Source: an uncultured virus (IMG/VR IMGVR_UViG_3300044617_001027) | Lineage: Duplodnaviria > Heunggongvirae > Uroviricota > Caudoviricetes | Virus record (IMG/VR): IMGVR_UViG_3300044617_001027 | Direction: 5' to 3' (one strand) | Length of the DNA: 64,000 nt | The notes under the pieces: generated by a model | Database searches by the model: none | The model's input: only the letters and a program-made list of their open reading frames with translations | Told to the model about the DNA's origin: nothing | Made by a program: the position numbers and the translations under genes | Shown here: positions 9,751-19,857 of the stretch, in pieces | Position numbering within the stretch: the stretch's first letter is position 1 | Layout: each line of letters starts with the position of its first letter

Positions 9751-10341
9751 TTACCCTGCGTTAGGTCTTGTTACAGGTACCGATGCGTCTACGTCACGAA
9801 CCAGCACATTTGCATTCTGTACAGCTGGCATGGTTGCGTAATCATAAGTTATAGTTAAATCCAACATGTTTAAATCATCCGAAGATAAATCCATGTTGCC
9901 CCACTTAGCATCTGCAATAAAAGCTCCGTATAATAGGAACTGATCTACAGCATCTCCATGAGGACTAACCGCTTCAAATCTTAATGTTCTCTTATATTCC
10001 CAGATATATCCATCTTCTCCCGGGGTTACTAATCCTGTGCCAGGTTGGAGTAATCCGGAGTTATGGTGAAGTTTACTAATCCAGTCGTGCAGAAGTCTAG
10101 CACCGTTTACTTCAATTGGGTCATATAATGTTACAGAGATATCTTGCCACCTAGATTTACCTTTAACCTTAAATTCTGTATTGATATAATCTACAGTTAC
10201 TGGATTTTGATCTAGCGAGGGTCTATCCGCTGTTTTAACCATATAAGTAGGGATGTCCATTCCTCTATCATTGATATAGAGGACGTATCTCATCTGCTGC
10301 TTAGGGTTAAAATATTTAAATGGGGAGTTTATAAATGCCAT
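9751..10341 (-). CDS. Tail tube protein (gp19-like), probably the major one
   Basis: Directly after the sheath gene; motifs KGKSRWQDISVTLYDP and LYGAFIADAKWGNMD...LTITYDYA. Confidence 0.85.
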   Translation of the reverse strand: MAFINSPFKYFNPKQQMRYVLYINDRGMDIPTYMVKTADRPSLDQNPVTVDYINTEFKVKGKSRWQDISVTLYDPIEVNGARLLHDWISKLHHNSGLLQPGTGLVTPGEDGYIWEYKRTLRFEAVSPHGDAVDQFLLYGAFIADAKWGNMDLSSDDLNMLDLTITYDYATMPAVQNANVLVRDVDASVPVTRPNAG

Positions 10342-10360
10342 TTTAGTCTATTTTTTTTGT

Positions 10361-12223
10361 TTATTCTGTATCACCAGGGAAAGAAGCTCCTGTAGGTAAC
10401 ACAAAGAAATCTAAGATTATGAATTCCGCGGTTCTAGTAGGTTTTAAATAAATAGCACCTCTTAACTCATTTCTGTCAAGAACATCGGGAGTATTATTGG
10501 ATTCATCCATAATTACTCTAAAATCATATAAACCTTGATTTCTTCTAACGCTTTCCAAGTAAGGTTCAACAATACTTAAGAATCTAAGTCTTGTTTCTTT
10601 TGTATTTTGTTCGAATACTAGATACCTAGAAGATGATGCAATGAATTTTTTAGCAGTGATTAATAGCCTTCTTACGTTAATCCTATCAAGTGCAGATCTT
10701 TTCTTCTGTAAAGTCTTCTGTCCCCATACAACTACACCTTCTCTTGGATAAGTAGCAATAGGATTAATATTGTAAGTATAAAGTCTATCTCTATCTCCTA
10801 AAGTTAATTTTCTCTCTGCCTGTAGAGCTACGTCAATGGCACCTCTATTTAAACCGGCTGGAGCATACCAAGGAAACTGTACGTAGTCATTGAATGCAAT
10901 AACTCCTGATACTACAGTGGATGGTGGAACCCATACATTTCTTCCTAAGTCAGCGTCAGCTATTTGTACCCATGGATAGTAGTAAGCAGCATAAGAAGTA
11001 TTTCTTGCTAAGGCTGCGTTTATAGCTTGTCCAATAGTATCACCGTATCTAGTTGGGTCAATCACCATGAAAATATCTCCTCTATTTTCAATCATGGCAA
11101 TCGCTTTTGTTATAATTTCACCATGTTGTTCACCTACTCCGTCAATAATTCCAGGCATGAGTAACATGTTGATATCATATTCATCTGCATTGGCTAAAAT
11201 GTCAATAGCATCCATATAAGCAGTTGAACCAGAAGCTCCGCCTGCTAAATCATCTAAATTGAATCCCTGGCTGTTTTGTCCACTAATTTTATCAAAGAAT
11301 GATCTTGGGTGTTTTACATATCCATCGGAACCTCCGGAGAAAGTACCAGATACTTCAGCGGGCAAACTACTAGAGAATGCAGCAACTCTTATCTGTCCAT
11401 TTTCATTTAAGTAGTTATAATTTTCTTTAAATACCTCTACTCGGATATATCTTGATCTGTTAGGGAAAGATCCGCTTAACTGCAAGAAAGGAATACCATC
11501 AGAATCATACCTTAATGTGTACATTTGATCTCCGATAACTCTACCGATGTAGTTAGTATCGTTAGGGTCTAAAGTTAAATCATTGTACTGCTCTACAATT
11601 ACTTTTCTGTTGTGTCTGTCGTCTCCTCTTCTTATGTACAAATCAAAAGTACCTAAATCAGTGTTAACGTCTCTTACTTCCCATCTTAAATTCTCTCTGT
11701 TTCCTATGTTCAACACTCCTCCTGTAGAGTCATCATTAGGGTTTCCTATTCCATTATTAGAGGCAATAGAAGTCAGTGATGTATTTACATAATTACCCGG
11801 AGATACTACAGTGAGTTTAAAAGTTTGTTGAGCGGCTGTAAAGTAAGAGCCTGTTAATCGAGTCTTAATACCAGCAGGAGCAGCAGCATAAGCGCCTCTA
11901 GTTACTACATTTGAACTTGCGTACTGATAATTACCGGCTAGTACCCTAACTACGGTTAAATTTTCAGCATATCTCAAATATTCTTGTGCTACATAGTCTG
12001 TTAAGAACTTGTACTGTCTTTCGGATGTACCAGAACCCGAACTAAAGGCTCCACCAAAAGCTCTAAGGTATTCCTCATAAGAGGAGATTGTAGAAGGAAC
12101 GAACGCGGGTCCTTTTAAAGTAGGACCTACAACCGCCGCTCCTATAGCTTGTATTTCTAAAGGTAAAAAACTAAGGTCTTTTTCTCTTGTAAATACGCCA
12201 GGACTGACTATTCTTTCTGCCAT
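10361..12223 (-). CDS. gp18: Tail sheath protein
   Basis: Motifs SPGVFTREKDLS, PWYAPAGLNRG, INPIATYPREGVVVWGQKTLQ, DRINVRRLL and KPTRTAEFI. Confidence 0.95.
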   Translation of the reverse strand: MAERIVSPGVFTREKDLSFLPLEIQAIGAAVVGPTLKGPAFVPSTISSYEEYLRAFGGAFSSGSGTSERQYKFLTDYVAQEYLRYAENLTVVRVLAGNYQYASSNVVTRGAYAAAPAGIKTRLTGSYFTAAQQTFKLTVVSPGNYVNTSLTSIASNNGIGNPNDDSTGGVLNIGNRENLRWEVRDVNTDLGTFDLYIRRGDDRHNRKVIVEQYNDLTLDPNDTNYIGRVIGDQMYTLRYDSDGIPFLQLSGSFPNRSRYIRVEVFKENYNYLNENGQIRVAAFSSSLPAEVSGTFSGGSDGYVKHPRSFFDKISGQNSQGFNLDDLAGGASGSTAYMDAIDILANADEYDINMLLMPGIIDGVGEQHGEIITKAIAMIENRGDIFMVIDPTRYGDTIGQAINAALARNTSYAAYYYPWVQIADADLGRNVWVPPSTVVSGVIAFNDYVQFPWYAPAGLNRGAIDVALQAERKLTLGDRDRLYTYNINPIATYPREGVVVWGQKTLQKKRSALDRINVRRLLITAKKFIASSSRYLVFEQNTKETRLRFLSIVEPYLESVRRNQGLYDFRVIMDESNNTPDVLDRNELRGAIYLKPTRTAEFIILDFFVLPTGASFPGDTE

Positions 12224-12326
12224 TTTTTTGTTTTTGTCAATTAAATATTATACCAAGAATTATTAATAAATTCTCATTTGTTATAAATATGTTTTAAAAA
12301 TCTCAAACAATTAAAAAAATATGAAA

Positions 12327-13103
12327 TTACGTTAATCTTTCTGACATTGCTACCTTTTTAATAGATAATGCTTTTTGAATAGATGATTTTCTCTCTACAA
12401 ATGCCGGCATGAGTGTAGCTAATACTCTTAATCTTGTAGATGCTTTTACAATTCTTTCTTGTTTTGATATATTGACTGCGGAAAATGTAAAATCTTCGAT
12501 GTGTGTAACAAATTGATAATCATTTCCCCACACAAAATTATTGACAGGTATAAATTGCTCTATTACTTTATTTAACTGTTCATTAAAATCTGTCCAAATG
12601 CTTAAATCATAGTACACATAGTAGTATTCAGGAATTAGAGATATGTAGACTTCTTTTTGTGGTAAATCTGTATTGCCCCTATTGTTAGATCCATACCGGG
12701 CATTATTTTGAGTGTACACATCTCTGTAATATACCCTGCTAGAAACTCTGTTGTTTACATCTAACTTAGCGAAGGCTTTATATTCTTCCATTCTTGTCCG
12801 AGATAATGTAATTACAGGACAAAGAAGTTTGTTTTTTTCGTCTCGCATAAAACCATTTGATTGAATTTGAGACCAGAGTTCTCCGCTACCATACATCACA
12901 GGAACATCAATCATTCTATCTCTATCTTGAACTTCAGGTTTGATGTTATTTCTAATGTATTGAAGTATAGAGTAATCTACATCATATATTGTAATTTCAG
13001 GAATCTTAATGTAATCATCGTCCTCTCTAGTCTGCTCTCCTCTATTTACTTGATTTCTATAGAGTTGATTATATACCGTAGGATTTATCGTAGATTTAGC
13101 CAT
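12327..13103 (-). CDS. Tail completion / sheath stabiliser (gp15-like)
   Basis: Motifs IDVPVMYGSGELW and YDLSIWTDFNEQLNKVIEQ; lies between the neck genes and the sheath. Confidence 0.65.
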   Translation of the reverse strand: MAKSTINPTVYNQLYRNQVNRGEQTREDDDYIKIPEITIYDVDYSILQYIRNNIKPEVQDRDRMIDVPVMYGSGELWSQIQSNGFMRDEKNKLLCPVITLSRTRMEEYKAFAKLDVNNRVSSRVYYRDVYTQNNARYGSNNRGNTDLPQKEVYISLIPEYYYVYYDLSIWTDFNEQLNKVIEQFIPVNNFVWGNDYQFVTHIEDFTFSAVNISKQERIVKASTRLRVLATLMPAFVERKSSIQKALSIKKVAMSERLT

Positions 13104-13104
13104 T

Positions 13105-13641
13105 TTAATATTTGTTTAGTTCATCATACGCGTCATTAATTCCGGATCTATAATCAGTGGTAGTTAAGTTTGTTTTTCTACTTAAGTGTGCTTGCGCTAT
13201 GACTGATATATTATAACCAAATTCAGATTCTTCTCCTAAGACATGGGGTATATATGTTTCAGGATTTCTTCCAAACCATGCATTATCAGAGAATACATTG
13301 TTTAGTTCATAAAAATCCATATCAAAGAATACATAGTCGCCGGGTTCTATAACCAAGTCTCTCTCTAATAAATCATCTCTTAGAAAGTAAAATGTAGCTT
13401 CTCTTTCAAAATCTAATCCAAAGTCAGTGTCGATAGTTTCTTTGGTACCTCTTTTTATGATACAGTTTAGTCTAGTAGCATTATAGAATACTTTACTAGG
13501 TGCTTCCCTATATATGTTCTCTCTAGTATCTTCCCTAGATAATTTATAAAGTTCAACCTCTAAGGCCATCACTTTATTCACTCTTTCTCTGTTTATACTC
13601 CTAACTAAAGAAGCATCTCTACCACTTCCAAATAGTGCCAT
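13105..13641 (-). CDS. Neck / head-closure protein (gp14-like)
   Basis: Motifs ENIYREA and LVIEPGDYVFFDMDFYEL; synteny after the gp13-like gene. Confidence 0.6.
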   Translation of the reverse strand: MALFGSGRDASLVRSINRERVNKVMALEVELYKLSREDTRENIYREAPSKVFYNATRLNCIIKRGTKETIDTDFGLDFEREATFYFLRDDLLERDLVIEPGDYVFFDMDFYELNNVFSDNAWFGRNPETYIPHVLGEESEFGYNISVIAQAHLSRKTNLTTTDYRSGINDAYDELNKY

Positions 13642-14801
13642 TATCCTACGTATATTTTAAGTGGAATTACTGCTAAAAATTTTTCGTGAGCTTCGGATTC
13701 TGCCATCTTTCTTTCTAATTGAGATTGACGGCTAAATTGATCTAACTCTATCCTAAGAACATCTATTAATCTTTGTTTCTCCTCATTTACCGAATACATT
13801 AAATCTTCAGTATTTAAAACAATATCATCCTCTAGTCCGGGTAAAGTCTTGTACTTTCCTCTAACATAAGCAAGCATTTCTTTAGATAGGACAAGCGTAT
13901 ATTTTTTTATCCACTGTTTACCTATGTCATTGATACTAGAATAAGGTAGAGTGAAATAAGGAATAGTAGCATGGCTATTTATTTTACCTGTACCTCCTTT
14001 ATTCGCATTTTTGTATTCGGAATCTAAAGTGTATTCAAACCATATTCTATATTCTCTAACCGGTGTAGGGAATATTCTTATTCTATTATTAATTATCTCG
14101 AAGCCGTATGCAGATTTTCTTATTTGGTCATTAAATTCTATCGCCTGCATCCTAAGAATATCATGGTGCATAGGCATTAATAAGAAATTAACTCCGGGGC
14201 TAAAATTACCGAATCCAAATTGGTCAAGTAAGTTTTGACTACCTAATCCTGTTCCTACAAAGGGGTCAAAGTATTTTACAATAGCCGGCGGTGCATTGTG
14301 AAACATTTTTCTTATTACGAACTTGTCTGTAGCGGGATTTCCGGACTCTAAAGAAACTCTAGTGGGGTCTAGTAAGCTATAAACTTGTTTTCCTTCTTTT
14401 ACCAATATAGAGCCTGTATAAAATGTAGTTCTACCACCTACTCCAATTTCTGTGCCGTATTCCGCAGATATTTCTAATACGCCTGCTATTGAATTGGTAA
14501 CTAATTCTTTTTCTAATCTAAGGGAACCTGTATTGAATCCCATTAATCCTAGTATATTGTCTTTAGCAGAATGGGCATTAACTTGATTGCTATACTCGGA
14601 GATAGACTCTTCAAAAGCGGTATAGAAGTTTATATCTTGTAATTCCACGTCGCTAAGAGGATAACCTAATCTTCTAGCGCACCATACGGCTACTTTAGGG
14701 GCATCCTTTTGAAAATTTCTATCTTTGTCAAATATTCCGAAAGGCGTAGATCCAGATACTGCGCTACCACTTCCAGGCCAAATAGGTATGTGAACTGCCA
14801 T
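13641..14801 (-). CDS. Neck / head-tail adaptor protein (gp13-like)
   Basis: Motifs WCARRLGYPLSDVEL and WIKKYTLVLSKEMLAYVRGKY, with C-terminal PLKIYVG. Confidence 0.75.
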   Translation of the reverse strand: MAVHIPIWPGSGSAVSGSTPFGIFDKDRNFQKDAPKVAVWCARRLGYPLSDVELQDINFYTAFEESISEYSNQVNAHSAKDNILGLMGFNTGSLRLEKELVTNSIAGVLEISAEYGTEIGVGGRTTFYTGSILVKEGKQVYSLLDPTRVSLESGNPATDKFVIRKMFHNAPPAIVKYFDPFVGTGLGSQNLLDQFGFGNFSPGVNFLLMPMHHDILRMQAIEFNDQIRKSAYGFEIINNRIRIFPTPVREYRIWFEYTLDSEYKNANKGGTGKINSHATIPYFTLPYSSINDIGKQWIKKYTLVLSKEMLAYVRGKYKTLPGLEDDIVLNTEDLMYSVNEEKQRLIDVLRIELDQFSRQSQLERKMAESEAHEKFLAVIPLKIYVG

Positions 14802-14848
14802 CTGCTGTTTACAATAAATAGTATTAAAAAAGTCTTTTATTTCACTTT

Positions 14849-17131
14849 TTAATATACTTGTCTTATAAAGGATACGAGAACATATCTAACTCCGGAAGTT
14901 ACAGGTCTTGCACCATGCCTATGTGTTATCTGTCCCGGATGTATTGTTAACTCACCTACTTCTCCTTTAACTAATTTCTTTTGTTTTGAAAACCATGTAC
15001 CTCCTCCCTCGTATTCATCATTCAAAGTAAGTACGGTAGAGAATGCAGAATCATCATGGTGTAGGGATAAGTGCCCTTGATTTTCCGGTGTGTATTTTAT
15101 AATAAAGTTTTCGGAGCTAAATTTCTTCCATTTATCTCCAGTAAGTACAAAATTAGATTTTACGAGAGGATATATGTAAGTATTTAAAAACATGTCATAA
15201 GCATCATGTAATTGAAATTCATTGATAAGCATGTCATGAGTTGGATAATAATAATGTCTATCTTTTGTCCATTTTCCACATTCTTCTGCTAATCTTATAA
15301 CTTCATTGCAAAATTCTTTTTTAAATGCATGTAAATGTAAGACATCAGGTATAGGTTCATCTACAATTAAATCATATTCTTTATTCTTTAATGCAGGATT
15401 GATATACATGGATGACCATTTATCTACATCTTTTGTTAGATAGATGTTAGATGCAAATGAGTTACTTGATGTTTTACTTGTTTTTGCATTACTTGTTTGA
15501 CTTACTATAGATTCTTTTAAACTATATGCAGTAATGTCTTTCCATATAAATGCTAAATCTAATCTTTCATTGTTGTTTGAGTATGTTGATGCTATGAAGT
15601 CATCTACTGGTAAGATGTATTTTTCAAAGTTCTGTTCTATTATTCTTTCTATGCCTACTTTTGATAACATGTAGGCATGAGATAACCATGAGTATCCTGG
15701 ATGTATATATAATTCATTTTGTATGTCTATGTCCCCGCCGATTTTTTGTCTTCCTAAATATAATAGTCCCCAATCGTATAATGCTATTTCTTTCGCGGGG
15801 AACTCTCCATTTACTTTAAAATCATCCTCTAAAATTAAAATAGAATCATAATTTTTCTTTTTAGCATCTTTCCATACAGATAAATGAGATAAAGCACATC
15901 CAATCTCTCCAGGCAATATATCTCGGTTATAATATGAATTACTATGATTATCTATTTTCCAACTATTGTATAAAGACCAATCAAAATCTACTTTAACATT
16001 TCTACCATCTATAGCTTTAAATAAATGAAACTCACCCGGTATGATACCTAGTTTATTAAATTCGGCGGTGTATCTATTAATAGCTTCATCAGATACATCA
16101 AAAGTAATCACATAGACAGCATCTATCTTTAATCTATTTTCCATGACATTAATATTTATAAATTCTTTAGCAATCATTTTAGGATTAAAAGCATCATATA
16201 CATTTAAATTTGATGTAGATGAATTAGTAAGCATTTTAAAATTATCATTAGACAATACACATGATAACCATGAATCAAAATCAATATAATTAAATACAGT
16301 TTCTTTTAATCCTGCTCTTAATCTTGTTATAGGAATCAATCCTAACATTTGCATTTCAACAGCAGATACACAAAATGTCTCATCATAATTAGAAGGATAT
16401 AACCAATACTTTTTATTACTCGCAAAAGTCATTAAAGCATCTTTACTCATAGATCCATGATAGTACACATTTTTATACGTGCTTTTAACATAAGAAAAAT
16501 GCTTCTCATAGAATTTTTCTCCGTATTTTGGCGTTACTATGTATAAAGATGATTGAGGTCTATGATATAAAATCTGTCTCCAATGTATCAATATTTCTCT
16601 TAATCCTCTTTCTGCATGAGATATATAAATGTAAGAATCATCAATAATTAATTTATCTGACTTTTCTATATGTTTTACTGCATTGTATAACATGATAGAA
16701 GGAACATTCGGAAAATGTTTATCAAATTCTCCCTTATGGTACTTAGATACACAAATAACACTTTCAAATTTAAGATGATTAAATACTTTATCCTGTAAAT
16801 TATCAATCTCCTCCCCCTTATAGAAATTGTAGAAGAAAGGGTCTGTGTTGTGTATCCAAAAATAAGATTTATCGTAACTATTCTCTGATATTAAATCTAT
16901 GTAATGAGTGTAATTTAGAGCAATTAGGATATCAGACCCTACATTATAATCCTTCGTGTAAATAACGCCATTTAAAGCGTTCTCCTGCACTATCTCTCCC
17001 GTGATATATACTTCGTGACCTAAGGATGCAAAAGCCTCTGCAAGATGACGTAAGGCCCATTCAGTGCCAGCGAAGTTATCTCCGCTGGCATGAAATTGAG
17101 AGTAGTATCCAACATAAAACTTAATTATCAT
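14849..17131 (-). CDS. Three-domain enzyme: GT-B (GT4-like) glycosyltransferase + GT25 (COLGALT-like) + PLOD-like 2OG-Fe(II) lysyl hydroxylase
   Basis: GT-B motifs AGTEW and YPSNYDETFCVSAVE. GT25 motifs AIDG, GEIGCALSH, ILEDD, LLYLGR and LPVDDF. Hydroxylase motifs HHDDS, YEGGGT and HPGQITHRHGARPVTSGVRYVLVSF. Confidence 0.85.
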   Translation of the reverse strand: MIIKFYVGYYSQFHASGDNFAGTEWALRHLAEAFASLGHEVYITGEIVQENALNGVIYTKDYNVGSDILIALNYTHYIDLISENSYDKSYFWIHNTDPFFYNFYKGEEIDNLQDKVFNHLKFESVICVSKYHKGEFDKHFPNVPSIMLYNAVKHIEKSDKLIIDDSYIYISHAERGLREILIHWRQILYHRPQSSLYIVTPKYGEKFYEKHFSYVKSTYKNVYYHGSMSKDALMTFASNKKYWLYPSNYDETFCVSAVEMQMLGLIPITRLRAGLKETVFNYIDFDSWLSCVLSNDNFKMLTNSSTSNLNVYDAFNPKMIAKEFININVMENRLKIDAVYVITFDVSDEAINRYTAEFNKLGIIPGEFHLFKAIDGRNVKVDFDWSLYNSWKIDNHSNSYYNRDILPGEIGCALSHLSVWKDAKKKNYDSILILEDDFKVNGEFPAKEIALYDWGLLYLGRQKIGGDIDIQNELYIHPGYSWLSHAYMLSKVGIERIIEQNFEKYILPVDDFIASTYSNNNERLDLAFIWKDITAYSLKESIVSQTSNAKTSKTSSNSFASNIYLTKDVDKWSSMYINPALKNKEYDLIVDEPIPDVLHLHAFKKEFCNEVIRLAEECGKWTKDRHYYYPTHDMLINEFQLHDAYDMFLNTYIYPLVKSNFVLTGDKWKKFSSENFIIKYTPENQGHLSLHHDDSAFSTVLTLNDEYEGGGTWFSKQKKLVKGEVGELTIHPGQITHRHGARPVTSGVRYVLVSFIRQVY

Positions 17132-17134
17132 AAA

Positions 17135-17800
17135 TTACAGTGAGTTGGGGTATAAATACTTGAATATATCGTCTAATGCTTCGTGTCTGTGATTAGTGGA
17201 AAGCCTTACGCAATTAACATATTTACTCTGGTCAACTATAGGTACTAGCTTAATTGCAGATTGCTCTTTATTTCTTAAGTCTATCTGATTCTCATCCCCT
17301 GTAAATATCATAATCGTATTTTTACCAAGTCGGCTTATACACATAGAAAGCTGTTCTTTTGTCAAGTTCTGGAATTCATCTATAATACAAATAGCGTCGT
17401 CAAAAGTTCTACCTCTAAAGTGAGCTAAAGAAACGAGTTCAACAGATTTGTCACTATATAATCTTTCTACAGCTGATTGCTTTGCGTATGCTTTAGATAT
17501 GTTGTCTTTTATAGGAACTATCCAAGGTTCTAATTTTTCCTCAAATGTTCCGGGTAAAAATCCCATTTCTTCGGTAGCAACCATCGGTCTAGTAATGACT
17601 ATCTTATTTATTTCTCTTCTAAAAAACTTGTCGAGAGCTATCTGAGTTGCGAGTAATGTTTTGCCACTCCCGGGTTTACCTAAGACAAAATTAACAGGGT
17701 GTAATAATATTTTGTCTTTCGCTTCTTTTTGGTCGTTTGATAATTGGATATCAAATTTTACCGGATTCTTCGGCAACCTCTTTTCTGTGTTTTCCGCCAT
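17135..17800 (-). CDS. phoH: PhoH-family ATPase
   Basis: Motifs GKPGSGKT, ITRPMV, MGFLPG, FRGRTF, IIDEFQN, GDENQID and HRH. Confidence 0.93.
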   Translation of the reverse strand: MAENTEKRLPKNPVKFDIQLSNDQKEAKDKILLHPVNFVLGKPGSGKTLLATQIALDKFFRREINKIVITRPMVATEEMGFLPGTFEEKLEPWIVPIKDNISKAYAKQSAVERLYSDKSVELVSLAHFRGRTFDDAICIIDEFQNLTKEQLSMCISRLGKNTIMIFTGDENQIDLRNKEQSAIKLVPIVDQSKYVNCVRLSTNHRHEALDDIFKYLYPNSL

Positions 17801-17830
17801 GTAGTTTTTATAATAAATACGTTTTACAAT

Positions 17831-18097
17831 TTAGTATTTGCTAATATAGTTGCCATCTTTTTTTACAGCAGGAGATCTTTTTAATTTAATATAAGGATCG
17901 TCAATAGTTTTATGAATGTACAGGTAATTAATATTAGATAAAAATTTTTCAATCAATGTTTTTTCATTTGACAATGCAGTTAATTTTTGATTTATGTAAG
18001 CCTCCTTATCCGGATTTTCTAGTAATGCTTTTCCTAAATCATTAATTTTCTCATCAATCTTTTTTAAATCTTTAATTTTTCTGTTTACGTTTGTCAT
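17831..18097 (-). CDS. Hypothetical protein
   Basis: 88-aa ORF with an A-rich start context; fills the gap after the capsid terminator. Confidence 0.55.
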   Translation of the reverse strand: MTNVNRKIKDLKKIDEKINDLGKALLENPDKEAYINQKLTALSNEKTLIEKFLSNINYLYIHKTIDDPYIKLKRSPAVKKDGNYISKY

Positions 18098-18147
18098 GAT
18101 TTTTATTTTTTAAAACAAAGTAGATATAGATTAAGTTCAGTCTAAAT

Positions 18148-18179
18148 AAAAAAGGCGGGGCTTTTTAGAAGCCCCGCCT
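18148..18179 (-). terminator. Intrinsic terminator after the major capsid gene
   Basis: Minus strand reads AGGCGGGGCTT-CTAAA-AAGCCCCGCCT-TTTTT, 30 nt after the capsid stop codon. Confidence 0.9.
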
Positions 18180-18209
18180 GTATATCAATAAATTATGAAC
18201 ACTTTAATA

Positions 18210-19853
18210 TTATAGAGAATCTAATCCGTGAACATAAATCTTTCCGTAGTATTCAGGACGAACCATTTTCTTGGCATACCTCGTCATGATACCTTTTCTT
18301 GGAGTGAAGTTTTCCGGATCATATACTAGAGGAGTCATAATTAACGGAATATATGGTGCGTAAACAGCTCCTGTTTCTAGGAATTGAGCGCCTCTATAGC
18401 CCATTAACAATAAGTTCTCGGTCATATATGGATTCTTGTATACAGTAAATCTGCTATTTAACAAACCTACTTTCTGTACACCCATTGCAAATTTAGCTTG
18501 ATCACCATTAGTGTCAGCTGCGTATCCTGGGATTGATTCAAGGATAGTAGCAATCGTTGGAGATGTAACAATAAAGTTAGCACCACCTCTCATTGTTAAT
18601 CGGTGAATTTCATTGGATACTTTCTGCATTTTAGTTCCGATTGTTTGGAACCAAGTGCCTTGATTGTAGAATTGACCAGTTGTGGCTGCATTTGTGAAAT
18701 TAGTTGAACCAGGATCATATTGGAATCCAATCCTTGCTGACCATCTCTCTACTGTTTGAGCTTCTGAAACTAACATGTCTAAAATCTCCAAATCAATTTC
18801 CTGAGAAATATATTCTGAAAGCATAGAAGTTAATTCAGCCTCTGCGTCAATAGAGTGATATGCGTTAAGATCCTGCGCGAATTCTGGTGTCCATTTAGCT
18901 TTTAACTTACGTGTTTTAGACGTAATGGCCTCAGAGCGCATTTCCAAATTGATTTCTGGAATTGGTAAATCCTCTTTATTACCTCCCGCTTGAGTTTTAC
19001 CCTCTTCGAAGTCACCTCTAGTAAGGTCGGTAGGTTGTTTGTGATAATTTACTTTTACATTAGACATTGTGGTAGAACCAGAAACAATGAATACGATTCT
19101 ATTGTTAGTCAAGTCATAAGACGTAAACTGTTGGAATGTATCGTTAATGTTAGTTCCTGTTACTGTAAATGCTCTAACTCCTAGTGGATCAAATCCTGAA
19201 ACAGAGTCAGTAGATACAAATACTTTACGTAACTTTGTATTGCTCTTGTATGATGCAGAGAAGTTAGTATCGTAGTTAATATCAGAAGTCATGTTAACAG
19301 ATCCTGTAAAGAACTTAGTGGTATTAATTCTATTTATACTACCTGTGAAAGACAGAGTAGAACTTGAATAGTCATTAATAGAATAGCTAAATCTTCCAGC
19401 ACCGTAAAGACCTTGAGTACCTGCTGTACCTCCCTTATCTGAATCAGTAATACCAAATAGAGAGTCTTTCTGAGAATTTTTACCTTGATTGGCAAAGAAT
19501 CCTGGTTGTGATGTACCGTATTTGAAATCTAAGAAGAATACTAGACCTGAAGGTAAGTTCATCGGCTGGATGCTAACAAAATCTTTAGCCGCAATAGAAG
19601 AGAAAATTCTTCGTACTAAAGGTAATGCTACACCTGCCCATTCTTCTGAATTAGAAGCAGTGCCAGTTCTGTTAGCTTCTGTTACGATTTGACGAGCTTG
19701 ATTTTCCAAAAGTACTGCTAAGTGCGGTTTCTCTCTTTTTTCATCCAAGCCCTCAAGTAAACCAGTGGGTTCCCACTTGGTTATGTATTTCATCGCCTCC
19801 GCTTTTTGTGTCCTGTTATAGTCATGCGGAAGCATGTGGTCTAAATTTCCCAT
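18210..19853 (-). CDS. gp23: Major capsid protein (T4 gp23-like)
   Basis: Motifs IQPMNLPSGLVFFL, KTRKLKAKWTPEFAQDLNAYHSIDAEAELT, YAPYIPL and FTPRKGIMTRY. Confidence 0.96.
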   Translation of the reverse strand: MGNLDHMLPHDYNRTQKAEAMKYITKWEPTGLLEGLDEKREKPHLAVLLENQARQIVTEANRTGTASNSEEWAGVALPLVRRIFSSIAAKDFVSIQPMNLPSGLVFFLDFKYGTSQPGFFANQGKNSQKDSLFGITDSDKGGTAGTQGLYGAGRFSYSINDYSSSTLSFTGSINRINTTKFFTGSVNMTSDINYDTNFSASYKSNTKLRKVFVSTDSVSGFDPLGVRAFTVTGTNINDTFQQFTSYDLTNNRIVFIVSGSTTMSNVKVNYHKQPTDLTRGDFEEGKTQAGGNKEDLPIPEINLEMRSEAITSKTRKLKAKWTPEFAQDLNAYHSIDAEAELTSMLSEYISQEIDLEILDMLVSEAQTVERWSARIGFQYDPGSTNFTNAATTGQFYNQGTWFQTIGTKMQKVSNEIHRLTMRGGANFIVTSPTIATILESIPGYAADTNGDQAKFAMGVQKVGLLNSRFTVYKNPYMTENLLLMGYRGAQFLETGAVYAPYIPLIMTPLVYDPENFTPRKGIMTRYAKKMVRPEYYGKIYVHGLDSL

Positions 19854-19857
19854 ATTT

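Noticed and set aside
14849..17131. Interpretation as a DNA hypermodification enzyme (TET/JBP plus glucosyltransferase)
   Set aside because: The oxygenase motifs follow PLOD rather than TET/JBP, GT25 is not a known DNA glycosyltransferase, and the gene lies among virion genes. It is disfavoured rather than excluded.
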